This document shows, piece after piece, positions 38,501 through 50,617 of a stretch of DNA of 64,000 nucleotides (positions are counted from its first letter, which is position 1; each line of letters starts with the position of its first letter). The notes beneath the pieces were generated by a model. The model searched no databases. It was not told the DNA's origin and saw only the letters and a program-made list of their open reading frames with translations. Made by a program: the position numbers and the translations under genes. Location: positions 2,914,001 through 2,978,000 of the forward strand of contig NW_026889756.1 of assembly GCF_033153115.1 (NCBI RefSeq), written 5' to 3'. The DNA comes from Saccostrea echinata (lineage: Eukaryota).

Positions 38501-41500
38501 CTCGTGTCAATATTTTTCATACATCTCTGAATGGTCAAAAACCAGTCAATGAATGCAAGCCTTTGGAAAAACCTTAAATTTTAGTTCTCACTTTACCCCT
38601 CATTAATTTAAATAATTCATTGATTTATTTGATTAATTTGACTACACAAGTACTTAGGCACAATATATTCATCTTCCAGGGTTGCCCAAAGACCCGGGGG
38701 CGGGGGAATTTCCCCACCTATAGTAACATAATTCCCCGGTTACTCTGGTATTCCCCCTCATTCCCCTGTAACAAACGTGTAAGGAAGAAACCCCAGACCC
38801 TTTCTACTTTTTTAATGTCCCCTTCTATTTTAATTCTTAGGGACAACCCTGATCTGAAATACATGTAATAGGGATTGGTCAGCTTAGCTAATTAAAACAC
38901 CAGGGATTGGTCAACTTACATAATTTAAACAACAGGGATATATTGGAGTGACTTGGCAGTCCAAACTCTCTTTAATAATTCAAGTCTCAATTTTTATATC
39001 TTGTACAATAAGATGTTCAGCAATCTCTCCTGTTAGAATTATTGAGGTTTAGCTATATATCGTGTTTCCCTGTTTCTTTCTTGTATTTGTTGTATACCTG
39101 GGTGACTATAAACTTGCTGAAGCGCTCTGATTTACATGGGAAGTATTGGTTTGAGTAGCTGTCTTGACTCAGGCCAAGTTTTCCATGGCGACCATCACCA
39201 AACGTGTACAACTGTCCCTTCTCTGCGATAATAAACCAAATCTTATCATCACAGAACACAATTATCACATTTATAATAGGTACAAGTTCAAACATTTTAT
39301 GTCATGAGCTCTATCTTTATCTTCATTTTAATCTCTTATAAAAAATATATAATCTTCATGTTTCAAGAAGCTGTCAATAAAATCACCATCTATGATGAAA
39401 AAATTTCTCCACTTTGTCTTATTTCACTCTGTTTATTCACCAAACAATATACATAACGGTTTTCTCATAATCATAAAAATCACCACATTATCGTCATGGT
39501 ACCTGATACTAAGGCTGTGTGGTTTTCTCCAGCAGCTATTTGGGTGACCTTAAACTTGAATTTGTGACAGAGAGGTGAAGGATACGTAAATATTCTGGTT
39601 CCGTGACCTAATTGTCCATTACCGCCCTCTCCAAAAGTGTACACCTTGCCACACTCTGAAAGATATTACTAAACATTAAATAGAACTCATAGTGAATCAA
39701 AAAAAGAATCATTACTCTGTGAAAGTTTAATTTTTGTGAATTACATGGGTAAACTATATGTATACCATGATCCTCATAAATATTGATATATGTAGGTTAC
39801 ACATACATTTTACCAGAGGAGATCTTTACATATAGTTTACAAGTAAAACTCTGTTATATTTTATTGTTCTAACCTGCCAGCATGTAACTTGTGACCTCTA
39901 ACAGTAAGACTGCGGATGATTTCTATCCACTCCATTCACCCCACCCCTCATAAAATTATACTCACCTTTAACTACAATGTGTGACCCTGGCCAACCTATC
40001 CCTCAGATCTCCAATCCCCCCCCCCCAACATTCAACCCACCCCTCCTGAAATTGTACTCACCTTTAACAATAATGTGTGACCCTGGCCAACCCATCACTC
40101 ACCAGACATTGAATTTATATCCAAAAAAAAAGTACCATATGATTATGTACTGCTGTGTGTGACCAAATCACTTCATTTCCCTCAACAGACAGACTTAACA
40201 TTCCTTAGAAGTTAATTTTAATTCTTGTTAGTGGATAAACTGTATGTGACCCCCCCCCCCCCCCCCCCTCATATGCTTCAGACTTGTTTTTTTTCCGGGA
40301 TGTTTAATTACCTGTCAATACTACTGTATGTGACCCCCCACATGCCACAGACTTGGCTTTTTCTGGGATGTCCACTTTTCGAGGTTTGTGAGCTTTCTCA
40401 TATTCATCCCCGAGTCCAAGCTTCCCTCCATCGCTCTCTCCAAAAGTAAAAACTTCACCATTGTCTACAATGTAATGTATTATCTATGACAGAAACTTTC
40501 ACCAGTTTGAAAGTCAGTATAACCTGTCTGAGAAATTCTACCAATCAGAAAAAACAGCAATAGAAAACAAAGAAAACATTGTTTTTTTTTATTCCTAAAT
40601 AAAATTTACTTCTGTTTTTATCATCTACTGAACTCACAACAATTTTCACTGAGACAGCCCTAGACAAGCCTTTATCATTATAATTAAGTAAATCTTAATT
40701 ACCAAGAAAATCAAGTACTAACAAATATAAACTAATATAAATTTTACTGCATACTTAAATCATGGAAGTAGAGATATCCGTTTTGTTTCTCACCTGTGAC
40801 AATGGCTGTGTTTCTATCTCACCTGTGACAATGGCTGTGTTTCTATCTCACCTGTGACAATGGCCATGTTTCTATCTCACCTGTGACAATGGCCGTGCTT
40901 CTATCTCACCTGTGACAATGGCCGTGTTTCTATCTCACCTGTGACAATGGCTGTGTGGTAGTAGCCACAGGCTACACTGGTCACTTTATTGTCTGTCTTT
41001 AGTAACGTGGGTTTGGAATAGTCCTCTGTGTCCCCCAGACCAAGTTGTCCCTCGCTGCCCCCTCCCCAAACATACAGGTCTCCTTCCTCTAAAATAAAAC
41101 ACACAATAAACATATCATTATGATAACTCTCCTCCGAAACATAGAGGTTTCCATCCTCTAAAATAAAACACACAATAAACATATCATTAATATCATTAAG
41201 ATAATTCTCCTCCAAAACATAGAGGTTTCCATCCTCTAAAATAAAACACACAATAAACATATCATTAAGATAATTCTCCTCCCCAAATATACAGGTCTCC
41301 ATCATCTAAAACAAACAATATGTATTCACTCAACATAATTCTCCTCCCCAAATATACAGGTCTCCATCATCTAAAACAAACAATATGTAATCACTCAACA
41401 TAATTCTCCTCCCCAAATATACATGCCTCCATCATCTAAAACAAACAATATGTAATCACTCAACATAATTCTCCTCCCCAAATATACAGGTCTCCATCAT

Positions 41501-44500
41501 CTAAAACAAACAATATGTAATCACTCAACATAATTCTCCTCCCCAAATATTAAGGTCTCCATCATCTAAAACAAACAATATGTAATCACTCAACATAATT
41601 CTCCTCCCCCTGAATGAAGAGGTCTCCATCATTTAAAGTAAATATATAAAGCATAGTAACATTTAACATTCTTGTATTAAGGCACTACACGTTACACAAA
41701 GAAAACACCAAGGTACAGTGAAAACACATAATCACCTCAACATTATAACATTCTATCTCCCTATCTAAAAATCTGCATTAACGTAGACCCAAGACTGTAT
41801 CAAACCCTGGAAAGCAAACAATCAATGCTACAGCTTACTGATACATATAAAGAAGTGGTTAATCCATCAGTACTTTATATAACAAACTACATGTACAAAC
41901 CCACTGAAAAATGACATTAAACAAATGATGCTGAAATTGTAAAAGCAGCTTGCTCTAAACTTTAAGTACAGCAGTTGTCTGCCCTTAATACAAACCTGTG
42001 AGAGCCACAGAGTGGTCTGCCCCTGCGGCTAGCGCCTTGTATTGCCGGGGCTCGCAATCGACTTTGATTGGGGAGTTACTACTTGGTATATCCTCTACCC
42101 CCAGCTGTCCGTCGCCATTAGCACCAAACGTAAACAGACTCCCAGACTCTGGAATAAACACAGTCTTTGTCAAAAAAAAATTCTGAGCTCTAACATAAAT
42201 ACATGTATGTGGACTCATTGCAGTTTACATTTATCTGTTTTAAATTACATTCAAACAAATATAAATTCTAATGTGTGTTTTGTCATTTTGATTGGCCCAT
42301 GCACTGGTGTTTTAGGCAGTTAAACGAGCATGAATGAGAGTGAAAGCTTTTGATTGTAATGCTACAATAGGATAATTCAAAACGTAACGCTTCCAGTGAT
42401 TGGGAAGGTCATCAAGGTCAATGGGACTATAGCGCAACTGTCAAAGTTTTTAATGGGCCATTTTGAAAATGAATGGGCCATCTATATATTCTGATGGGTC
42501 ATTTTAAGAAAAAAAACAAAATGACAAACGAACATCAAATATGAAAAAAAACACGTTTCTTCATTAACCAAATTTTATTTTTCACGTATGCAGTGAAGCA
42601 CATTTAAAGGAACCCGCAACAATATAATTTTCTTGTATTTTGGATCAATAACATCAAAATATCAATTAAACATTGGAAATGACTGAGTTAATGTACCTTT
42701 GTTGTCCTAATTAAAGTGCTTCATGTAACAGGAAGCAGTTTTTGTCTCATTTTAACCAATGAGATTTGTTGTGTTAAAATGACTGCATTTAAAATGAAAG
42801 TAAAACAAACAAGAAAGTCGTACGCAATATATTTCCAACTAACATCGCTAAAATTTGAATGCGCACCTTGGCGCTACAAATGATCGATTTAATGTGCCAA
42901 TTTTCACTTCAATGCGACTATGGCGCATGGCGCAAGCCCTTCCCAATCACTGCACTTCATGATGTATTTTTTTATCATAAAACTCAACAAAATAAGAGGT
43001 AAACATCAAACAAAATGCAAAAAAATTGCACTTAATTGGGAATAACTATCTTCTCATTTGTTACTTGAAACCATTAATGCTGGTTTAACAGTTGCAATCA
43101 TCTGTTTTGCCACATCCGCTTACACATTGCAGGTAACTCAGTTTGCAACTGTAAAATCAGCATTTATGGTCACAAATAACAAATGATAGGACAGTTATTC
43201 CCGAAGTATCTGTTTTTAATTACATTCCAACAAATATGAAGTAAGACAATTACTAATCACATTGATCGAGCAACAAGCATTTTACTGAATGGGCGAGATA
43301 TGGATAACTATGAAAAGTCCTCGAGTTAGTGCTTCAATCTATTAATGTACACAAAGATAAATCTATACTACAGTACTTTCACAATAACAAACCTGTTGCT
43401 ACTAAGGTGTGAATTCTCCCACAGGCCACCACTGTAGCTTTCTCTGGTTTAAGCTCTGTAAACAGAAAATATGATATACTGTAGTGGTTTTATACTAAAT
43501 ACAGTGTACTTATAAAATTGTACAGGTACTTTTGAAGTCTTCAACAGTCAACTTTCAATAATACTGTTGTATTTGTAAAAAATATTAAATCATGTGATAG
43601 GGTAAGAGTTAAAATGATGGGGAATATCATTGAGATGAAGGAGAGACAAGGGATGGACTTGGGGCATGGTGCAGCTTACTGTAGATTGCCAAATTTTCCT
43701 GACAACTTATTTTCGCAAGAAGGGTATTTGGTATTTACTAGCGAGACAAAATTTTCATGAATTCTGGTTTTTGTTGTATATAACTTATACTGTCTAATAA
43801 AAATATAAGCAAGAATAAAATTTCCGCAAGCAGACAGTCTTGCTGATTACCTGAAAAGAAAGTTCTCGAGAATAAAAAGTGATTCACAGAATGTCAGCTG
43901 ACAGACAGAGATGGCGGTCCTCAGTGCAGGCCTTATGTGTTCTAAGCACGAAGAGGACTAATTAGGTTAGAGACACACTGAATAAAACTTACTTTTCACA
44001 CAGACTGGCTTTGTGGAGACTTTGACGGAATCAATGCCGAGCTGACCCCAGTCATTAACCCCAAATGTGAAAACCCGTCCACTCTCTGAAAACAAACCAG
44101 GGATCATTTTTCTCAGTGGTAATCATTAACTAATAATTTAGCAACTGTTCAATTCTTCTTTTTAATATTTCATCTAGAAGTTAAATTCCTGCAGATTTTT
44201 CTTTTAAAAAATGGATGCCTTTTCTTATTTACCCATTCTAGTAAATGTCATATCAGTATAAGTAAATAAACATGTGAAAAAAGACCTAACAAAATTTACA
44301 ATGAAATCGTAAATTTCAATTGAAAATAAAAGTACACAATTTTCTTTCATTTCAAACATGTCAACTTTAAATCTTTCCATAGCTTAAGAGATGTTTATAA
44401 CCCTAATGGTGAATGTGTTTGACAACAAATAATATTCTCAGTTCATTATGAGGAGCATTTGTATTGTTGTCACACACAATCAGCATTACTCACTGAGCTT

Positions 44501-45865
44501 ATTAATTATGGAGGCTAAGAGACATATTTTACCTGCAATTAGTGCCGTATGTTCATCCCCACATGCTACAGACTTCACTTTATCACCTCTCACCCAGAAC
44601 TTGTTTGGTAAGTTGTCTGCAAATCGACTCTTCCCAAATGTGAAGACAGCTCCAGACTCTGTTCATCATGAAAATAATAACATTAAATGACCAGTAACAC
44701 ATAAAAAAAATTATCTTAAACATATCATAGGTCCCAATGGTTTTGTTTAACATAAGTAAATGTTTACAACAGAAATGTTTATATGGTTTATCCTTGTATA
44801 TTGAGATAAGTACCTTACTCTCTCATCAGCATAAGAAATTTGAAAAATGACTTTAAAAAGCACTCCCTTAACTCATGACAAACGTCAAACACCAAAGGCA
44901 ATTTCAGATTTTTAAAAATTAAACAAGAGTCACCTTCATGAAAAACTGGAACTCATTATGGAGTAGTAAATATTTTGCTTGCTAAAGCTACTTCAGCTTA
45001 TTTGGTTGTGCATTTAATACAAGCCAAGTGTGATGCATAGAATAGACAAGACTGTCTATTACTAGATAACCTTTTATGGAACTAAGGTATCAAAATCTCT
45101 TCAACAGGGACAGTGCTCAGTATTTATAGACAGTTCAGTCGAACTTAATTGCCTCAAAGTCGATGAGACCAAGAAAAATCTTTGAGACATCTGAGGGTTC
45201 TAGATATTGAGATTAAAAATTATAATGAAAAATTTATCACTTTAACATATCTATAGTATTCGAGACATCGATGTTCGAGATACTAAAGTTCAACTGTATT
45301 TTGTTTATGCTCTTGCTCCTGATAGAAAATTACTTTGTAATCATGACTGCCATACATGAAAGCTTGAAGGATTAAATGCTTAAAATATTATTTTATTTAA
45401 ATATTATTTATTGTTGTAATTTTTTTGTAGGTCAACACGAAAAATAATTCTAAATAGATTACCCTTTTGTACACGACCCCCCCCCCCCCCTCCCCTCTGA
45501 AGTGCACTCCAACTCCCGAGTAATACAGAAAAAAAGAGATTTCGGTCCGGTGTGGACGGCATACTAGATGAACACCTCATTTAGGACTTGATCTCACTTT
45601 GCAAATTTCGAAAGAACAAATGTTTTGAATGGTGCCAATTTACCGCGGTTTGCCCATCCCCCCTCCCTATCTCTAACTTGTAAATTCGCATTCCACGCCT
45701 TTATAACAATATTGTGTCAAAGTGCGTGGGATTTATCGCATATTGATGTCGTTCTATGTTATCAGATTCTTCTCTAACATCCCTGGTGGCACCACAAGCT
45801 CCGTTTATCGGCTGCTGGACATGTTTAGACTTACCAGGAATCTCCGAGTCGTCCCCGGCCGCCAT
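26583..45865 (-). CDS. RPGR: X-linked retinitis pigmentosa GTPase regulator homologue (RPGR), 21 coding exons, 870 aa
   Basis: Exons 45865-45835, 44658-44533, 44085-43993, 43455-43393, 42148-41996, 41088-40939, 40464-40312, 39655-39503, 39222-39098, 38486-38280, 38069-37940, 36681-36575, 34816-34757, 34000-33722, 32315-32238, 31422-31296, 30864-30695, 30086-29951, 27168-27014, 26890-26798, 26606-26583; total 2613 nt, phases consistent. N-terminus SGAVFTFGKSRFADNLPNKFW…VACGDEHTA, RCC1 repeats, TFGDGRHGKLGL, VSCGGCHM, and C-terminal SRTCTIL*. The low-complexity exons 12-20 are less certain. Confidence 0.93.
27378..29759. mobile_element. 2.4-kb non-autonomous TIR transposon with TA TSD (Tc1/mariner-like ends) in RPGR intron 18
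   Basis: Perfect 27-bp TIR CAGTCCCTGAAACGTTCTACTTTCCCA flanked by TA; arrays of (GT)GAACG motifs inside both ends; no transposase ORF. Confidence 0.9.
30473..30710. repeat. 13/25-bp tandem repeat copying the RPGR exon 17 donor site
   Basis: CTTATCCTACC(T/C)TC units, which read AG|GTAGGATAAG on the - strand. Confidence 0.9.
31820..32237. repeat. ~30-bp degenerate tandem repeat rich in CCAAT motifs, starting at the RPGR exon 15 donor
   Basis: About 12 units of AAGTCAGCCAATCAGAARTCTGAATACCCC on the - strand. Confidence 0.85.
35063..35963. mobile_element. ~900-bp MITE
   Basis: 23-bp TIR TACGCAGGTAGGTTAAGGCTTCC / GGAAGCCTTAACATAGCTGCGTA; the terminal TA may be the TSD. Confidence 0.8.
36155..36592. 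repeat. 46-bp minisatellite containing the RPGR exon 12 end and donor
   Basis: About 9-10 units of CATGTACAGAAGTCAGAG|GTAGGTCAGGGGTCAAAAGTCAGGAGGT on the - strand. Confidence 0.92.
36868..37659. mobile_element. Element with TTATAC…GTATAA ends and a terminal ~165-bp fold-back (37486-37648)
   Basis: Palindrome ATTACCCCTTATGAG…CTCATAAGGGGTAAT at the right end; left boundary inferred from the TTATAC terminus. Confidence 0.6.
40786..40956. repeat. 29-bp repeat x6 duplicating the RPGR exon 6 donor
   Basis: TCACCTGTGACAATGG at 40790, 40819, 40848, 40877, 40906 and 40935. Confidence 0.95.
41062..41635. repeat. 65-78 bp repeats duplicating the RPGR exon 6 acceptor
   Basis: Three TTTTAG|AGGA units (69 and 78 bp apart) and five 65-bp TTTTAG|ATGATGGAGACC units, plus one degenerate unit. 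Confidence 0.92.
42394..42952. mobile_element. MITE with 6-bp TSD, copy 2 (same family as 2437-3053, inverted)
   Basis: TIR CAGTGATTGGGAAGG; flanks CGCTTC / CACTTC. Confidence 0.88.
45136..45298. mobile_element. Short Tc1/mariner-like MITE remnant
   Basis: CAGTCGAACTT…AAGTTCAACTG-TA; related fragments near 1880-1950 and 47105-47163. Confidence 0.55.
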
Positions 45866-46716
45866 TACTGTATCCTAAACAACATTCCGTAAATACCCGG
45901 ATGTTTACAGTGACATTAACACGTGCGTTTGTTTATCAATTCATAGGACACGCCCACATTCAATAAAATCAACAATATGCGATTGATACAGAAATATAGC
46001 ACTGAAATACACGTATGCAATTATGTTTTAAGAAATTTTTGAGTGTTAAGACTTGGGTCTGGTTTATAAATATGTATTAATAATACCTAGTATTGATTTG
46101 TAAAAAGGAGTTTTTACATATATATCAATAGGTTATACATATTTCTAACAAGGACCCAAGTACTTGAAGGTAATATTAATCATGCTAATGTTTTTGCACA
46201 AGTCTATCATCACTTAGATATCCAAACCAATGTTGTACAAATATACACACCTCAGGAATTGCAGCAGATTTTTCCAACATATGTTTTTGACGCTAGCTGC
46301 ATATGACTGCATCTTGCTTGCCTATGTAAGTGAGTCAGGTTGGTTCTAAGCTTGATGCTCCATTTGATGCATAATTCAACAGCAAACAGTACAACCTAAA
46401 TCCTTAATTCTAGTTCAGCACAGTACCGGTATTTATAGCTTATCATATGAAATACAAACAAAACATTTTAAGTTCCATTCCAAGAAAGATTTAGATGCTG
46501 CACATAGCAAACATTTTACCCTTGAGAGGCTGTAGTAATGGACAGCATTTAGTCTATAAATAGAGCCATACAAATCAAGCATGCATCCAGTGTAAATGTA
46601 AACTTTTCTTTGTTAAACACTTTCATTGATGGATGCATTTGTTCTAAACAGTTGAACCTCAGTATCTCAAACACTAATTTAAAATATTTTGAATACCAAT
46701 GTCCATGGATATATTG

Positions 46717-47075
46717 TGTAATGGTAGAGGAGAGAAATGCAGCAGACCATACCGGGATTCGAATCTGGGCCCCTTGAATCTTGCATCAGGTGCTCTACCA
46801 AGTGAGCTATCTAGCCACCGGCAATTGCACCCATCTGACTGCCACATTCCTCCCTCCTTAAAGGTCTTTGGTTCCCATAGACAAAAACCTAGGTTTTTCC
46901 CTGGCAGGTCTTTCACCTGTCACTTCCAGGGCATGGCATGGTACCAAATGTAATGGGAGAGAAGAATGCAGCAGATCAGACCAGGATTCAATCCCACACC
47001 CCCTGAATCTGCAGTCAAGTCCTCTACCAACTGAGCTATCTGGCCACCAGAGATCAAACCCATCTGACTGCCACA
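46717..47075 (-). mobile_element. Miniature non-autonomous LTR retrotransposon (TRIM) with tRNA-like LTRs
   Basis: 5' LTR 47075-46949 and 3' LTR 46846-46717, both TGTGGCAG…CATTACA and each with tRNA A/B boxes. PBS-like TGGTACCATG 2 nt after the 5' LTR; PPT AAGGAGGGAGGAA abutting the 3' LTR; flanks ATTG / GTTG. Confidence 0.85.
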
Positions 47076-47276
47076 GTTGAAGTTATTTAAAATTTGAAGT
47101 CCCATAGATATCTCGAAGTTTTTCTTGGCCCCATGTAGTTTGAGATAACTAAGTTTGACTGTATGTTAGATGCAGTGACTCAGGAGAAAGCACCTGTTTA
47201 TCACAAGTATGATACAGAGTAAAATAATGACTTAATTGCTGGACAATATTCATGACTCAGAGCCAACATAAAAATA

Positions 47277-47389
47277 ATAGGGGTCAGGCAGGTTTGATCA
47301 CTGGTGGCCAGATTGCTCAGTTCGTAGAGCCCAGATGGTAGATTATCTGAGTTCAATTATCAAATCTTGGTTTGAAAGTTCTTGTCACA
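47277..47389 (+). mobile_element. Degenerate solo LTR of the tRNA-LTR TRIM family
   Basis: GTTTGATCACTGGTGGCCAGATTGCTCAGTTCGTAGAGC matches the TRIM LTR; ends TGTCACA. Confidence 0.6.
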
Positions 47390-48501
47390 CATTAGACAGT
47401 TATATGCATATAAGTCCTCTATGGTCAAAACAAAGAAAAAAATAAATCAATGTTAGGTCATTTAATTAACTTATTTGCACTAACCATATGACAGCAGCAG
47501 TAAGCACTTGTACAATGTACATTTCTTATACATGTATTACCATATATTCTACATTTAAATTCAAAATTTACAAGCCATTGCAGTCTATTTTTGAGGTCTT
47601 TATATACTAGTAGTTCTGATATGTTCACCCACAGTGTATAAAATGTTACCTTTTAATATAACACACATGTATATGATTCAAAATGGGACAAAGCTTTGTA
47701 AAGTTATATATCTATCAAAATTCATATAATGTAATATACTAGTAATCAATGTCATATATATGAGCAAGAACACATGCCTCTGGTACAATATTTCACTTAG
47801 TTTGCCACATGTTTAAAAAAATTATCAGATTTAATGATAATTGTCAGCTGCCACTAAATACAAGTAAATCTAATGCAGACTTGTGTGCACCATTCTCACC
47901 TCCAGCCAAAACGTAAAAAAATCAGGAATTTTGGATACATGGGAAGAAACGTGTTCATTACATAATATAAATTTAATTCACATGTATAGAAAAGGAAATA
48001 TAAAATTGATACTGCACAATGAAGGATTACATGTAAAATGTCAGAATAACAGACATAATCTTATCATGCTCATTTAAATAAAAACAAAGACATTGATTTT
48101 CCGATTGCAGAAAGCAATGAAGATGGCAGTTTATGTAAAGATTCATAATGCAGTACATAGAAAGACAAAACAATAAAACACAGACAACTGAGTATTAAAG
48201 TCATTAATAATTACAAAAAAAAAAAATTAAAAATTGCACAATGGATTTCTTTGTAAGCTTTTTTACCATACAAAAAGTTATTACATGTATTGAAAAGTAT
48301 ATACATGTATTATTAAATGTTTCCATATCATACAATAATATTTGAATGCACTGGTTCTGTATGTTTCTGTAATAAATTGTGGGATAAATGTTTCTTCAAG
48401 AAACATGTGCTTCGGATTGTATGGTAAACAAACATGGCAAAACAAACTTACGTATAAACATTTCACTGCCCTTATTTGTTTTTATAAATACAAGTCCAGT
48501 G

Positions 48502-50617
48502 TTAGCTTTTTGACTTGATAAGATACAATGATAGTAAGTCTGAGAGCTTCCTCGAAGTTCCTGTAAAATTCTCCCAAAAATCCCTGACGACCCTCAGTGG
48601 AGGGGGATCCTCCATAGACAAGTGAAGGGGAAACATCTTGGTGACAACAAAACTGATATTCTGCTGAGAAAACTCCTCCATCAGAGTGCCTGGAAGGACT
48701 ACATAACTGTCATCATTGTGTCGTGTTCTGATACTTTCGACAAGCTTTTGCATGGAGGAACCCTGAAGGTCTGTGATTTGTTCTAGAGAAGAGTTGCTAA
48801 GCAACAGAGATCTTGGAGGCATGTACGTATGGAAGAAAAGAAATTGGTCCTGATGAGTAAAAACTGCATGAGGGTTGTGTGTGTGTTTTTCTATGTATGA
48901 TAAAAGGGGAATAACTCCTCCTTGGTGAAAAACTCCATAGAAAAATGTGCAAGTGATATTAAATATACTCCACACGGAGAAAAATAAATATCTGTAACGA
49001 ACACAATGCAGAGTGGAGGCACACAGAAGAATCACTACGGGCAAAATGGGGAGGAGAAACCTTGGTTCTTGATGAGGAAACATGGACAGTATGAAGACAG
49101 GGACCATCACGAAACACAACAGGACATGACGAGGGGATGTGGACTGTCTCAAAAGGAGTCTTTTAACTTCTACAAGCATAAGCACCACAAAAGGACCAAA
49201 CAAAATGAGTAAGTTGACAACAAGATGTGTGTACAGGGGGTGTCGTCCATGGGAGGATAGATTGTTGGGGTCTGTGTTGTATTTTATAAAATTCAGGGGA
49301 GTTACAACAAACAACTTGAAAAAATCCTCCCAGCATTCAGCAACATTTTCAGAAGTCACTACACACTGTCTAAATCTGGACAGGATGTCTACCACTGTTT
49401 TTCCGCTGTAGTATTGTGTGTCAATAAGAACCATTACAAGGGAGGGAAGAACAGCTCCGAAGGTCATAAAGGTGAAACATGACATCAAACCATCCCCGGC
49501 AATCACAACTGTCATAATCAGCCACAAGACGGGGCCCACACTAAAAGCTGCAAAAGTTGGTCTATCAAATAGTCCTATAGCTGATAAAAATCCTATCCAG
49601 AAAAAAGTCATACTGGAAATGTTCGTGATATGTTTACATCCGACTGATTTTGTATTATGTTTGTTTCGGAACTCTTCTAGAGACATCCTCTGGTATCTAT
49701 CATGCTGTTCCTTCTGAGTCTCTTTAAACTCTTTATTTGCTTGTATATCTTTCACTACTTTCATCACCAACAATAACAGAAGGGAGAAAACTACAGTTTC
49801 AATGGAATTGGAGAATGTTCTTGTTAGATATGTAAGCATAATGTAGGATGACGCTAAGATAGGGAGAACAGTTTTACTCTCCAAAGAAGACAAACCACAA
49901 ACACAGGCTACCACAAAATCCACCACCAGACTGAGGAGGCAGGCATTAAGCCGTGGCAGCACCACTGCCCAGCAAGACGTCCTTAACAGGGGAATCCCCT
50001 TCATCAGATAAAATGGGGGACCTGACTGGAAGTAAATGGGTGGTACAGATCGCAGTCCTGCAGAAAATTCCCAGCTCCGCAGCACAGAAATATTCAGAAC
50101 ATCACCTAAAATAGAGAAATAAAAACATTCTTAAGGCTTTACTTAAAACATTCAATTTTCTTTAAGATGTCTATGATTTATATTTAGTCATTAAAATAGT
50201 CCAAGATGAAACTGTGTATATACATGTACATGTATATAAATGACAAAATATTTAAAAGTAGAGTTTGGTCTATGAAACCTGAAAAAGGTAAAGACAACAA
50301 ATCTGATCACATAAATTCTTTATACAGGGGAGAAAAGAAAAAAATAGATCCCTCTGAAACACCAGAGGTGGGATCAGGTGCCTAAGAGAAATAAGCATCT
50401 CAACCTGCCATGAGCCCTTGCATTAATTTAAATACATGTAACCAGTAATGAATTCCACAATTATATTTTTATAAATACCTGCTACAACTTCTGTGTTCTG
50501 GAAAAACTCATCTGGATGTATGTATCCTTGTTGTGGAAGGAAAACCAAACAGAATCGGAGTAAAACCAGACTCAACCAGATCTTGTGGGACTGAAGCCAG
50601 GCTAGGTATGGCATCAT
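48502..50617 (-). CDS. PIGZ: GPI mannosyltransferase 4 (PIG-Z/SMP3), 580 aa
   Basis: Coding exons 50617-50479 and 50105-48502 (phase 1). Motifs GYIHPDEFFQ, WEF…LRS, TRTFSNSIE, DRPTF, TPLNFIKYN, HGRHP, PHQEPRFLLP, FHQGGV and HTYMPPR. Confidence 0.95.

Noticed and set aside
46745-47050. Two tRNA genes
   Set aside because: Degenerate cloverleafs embedded in TG…CA direct repeats of a TRIM.
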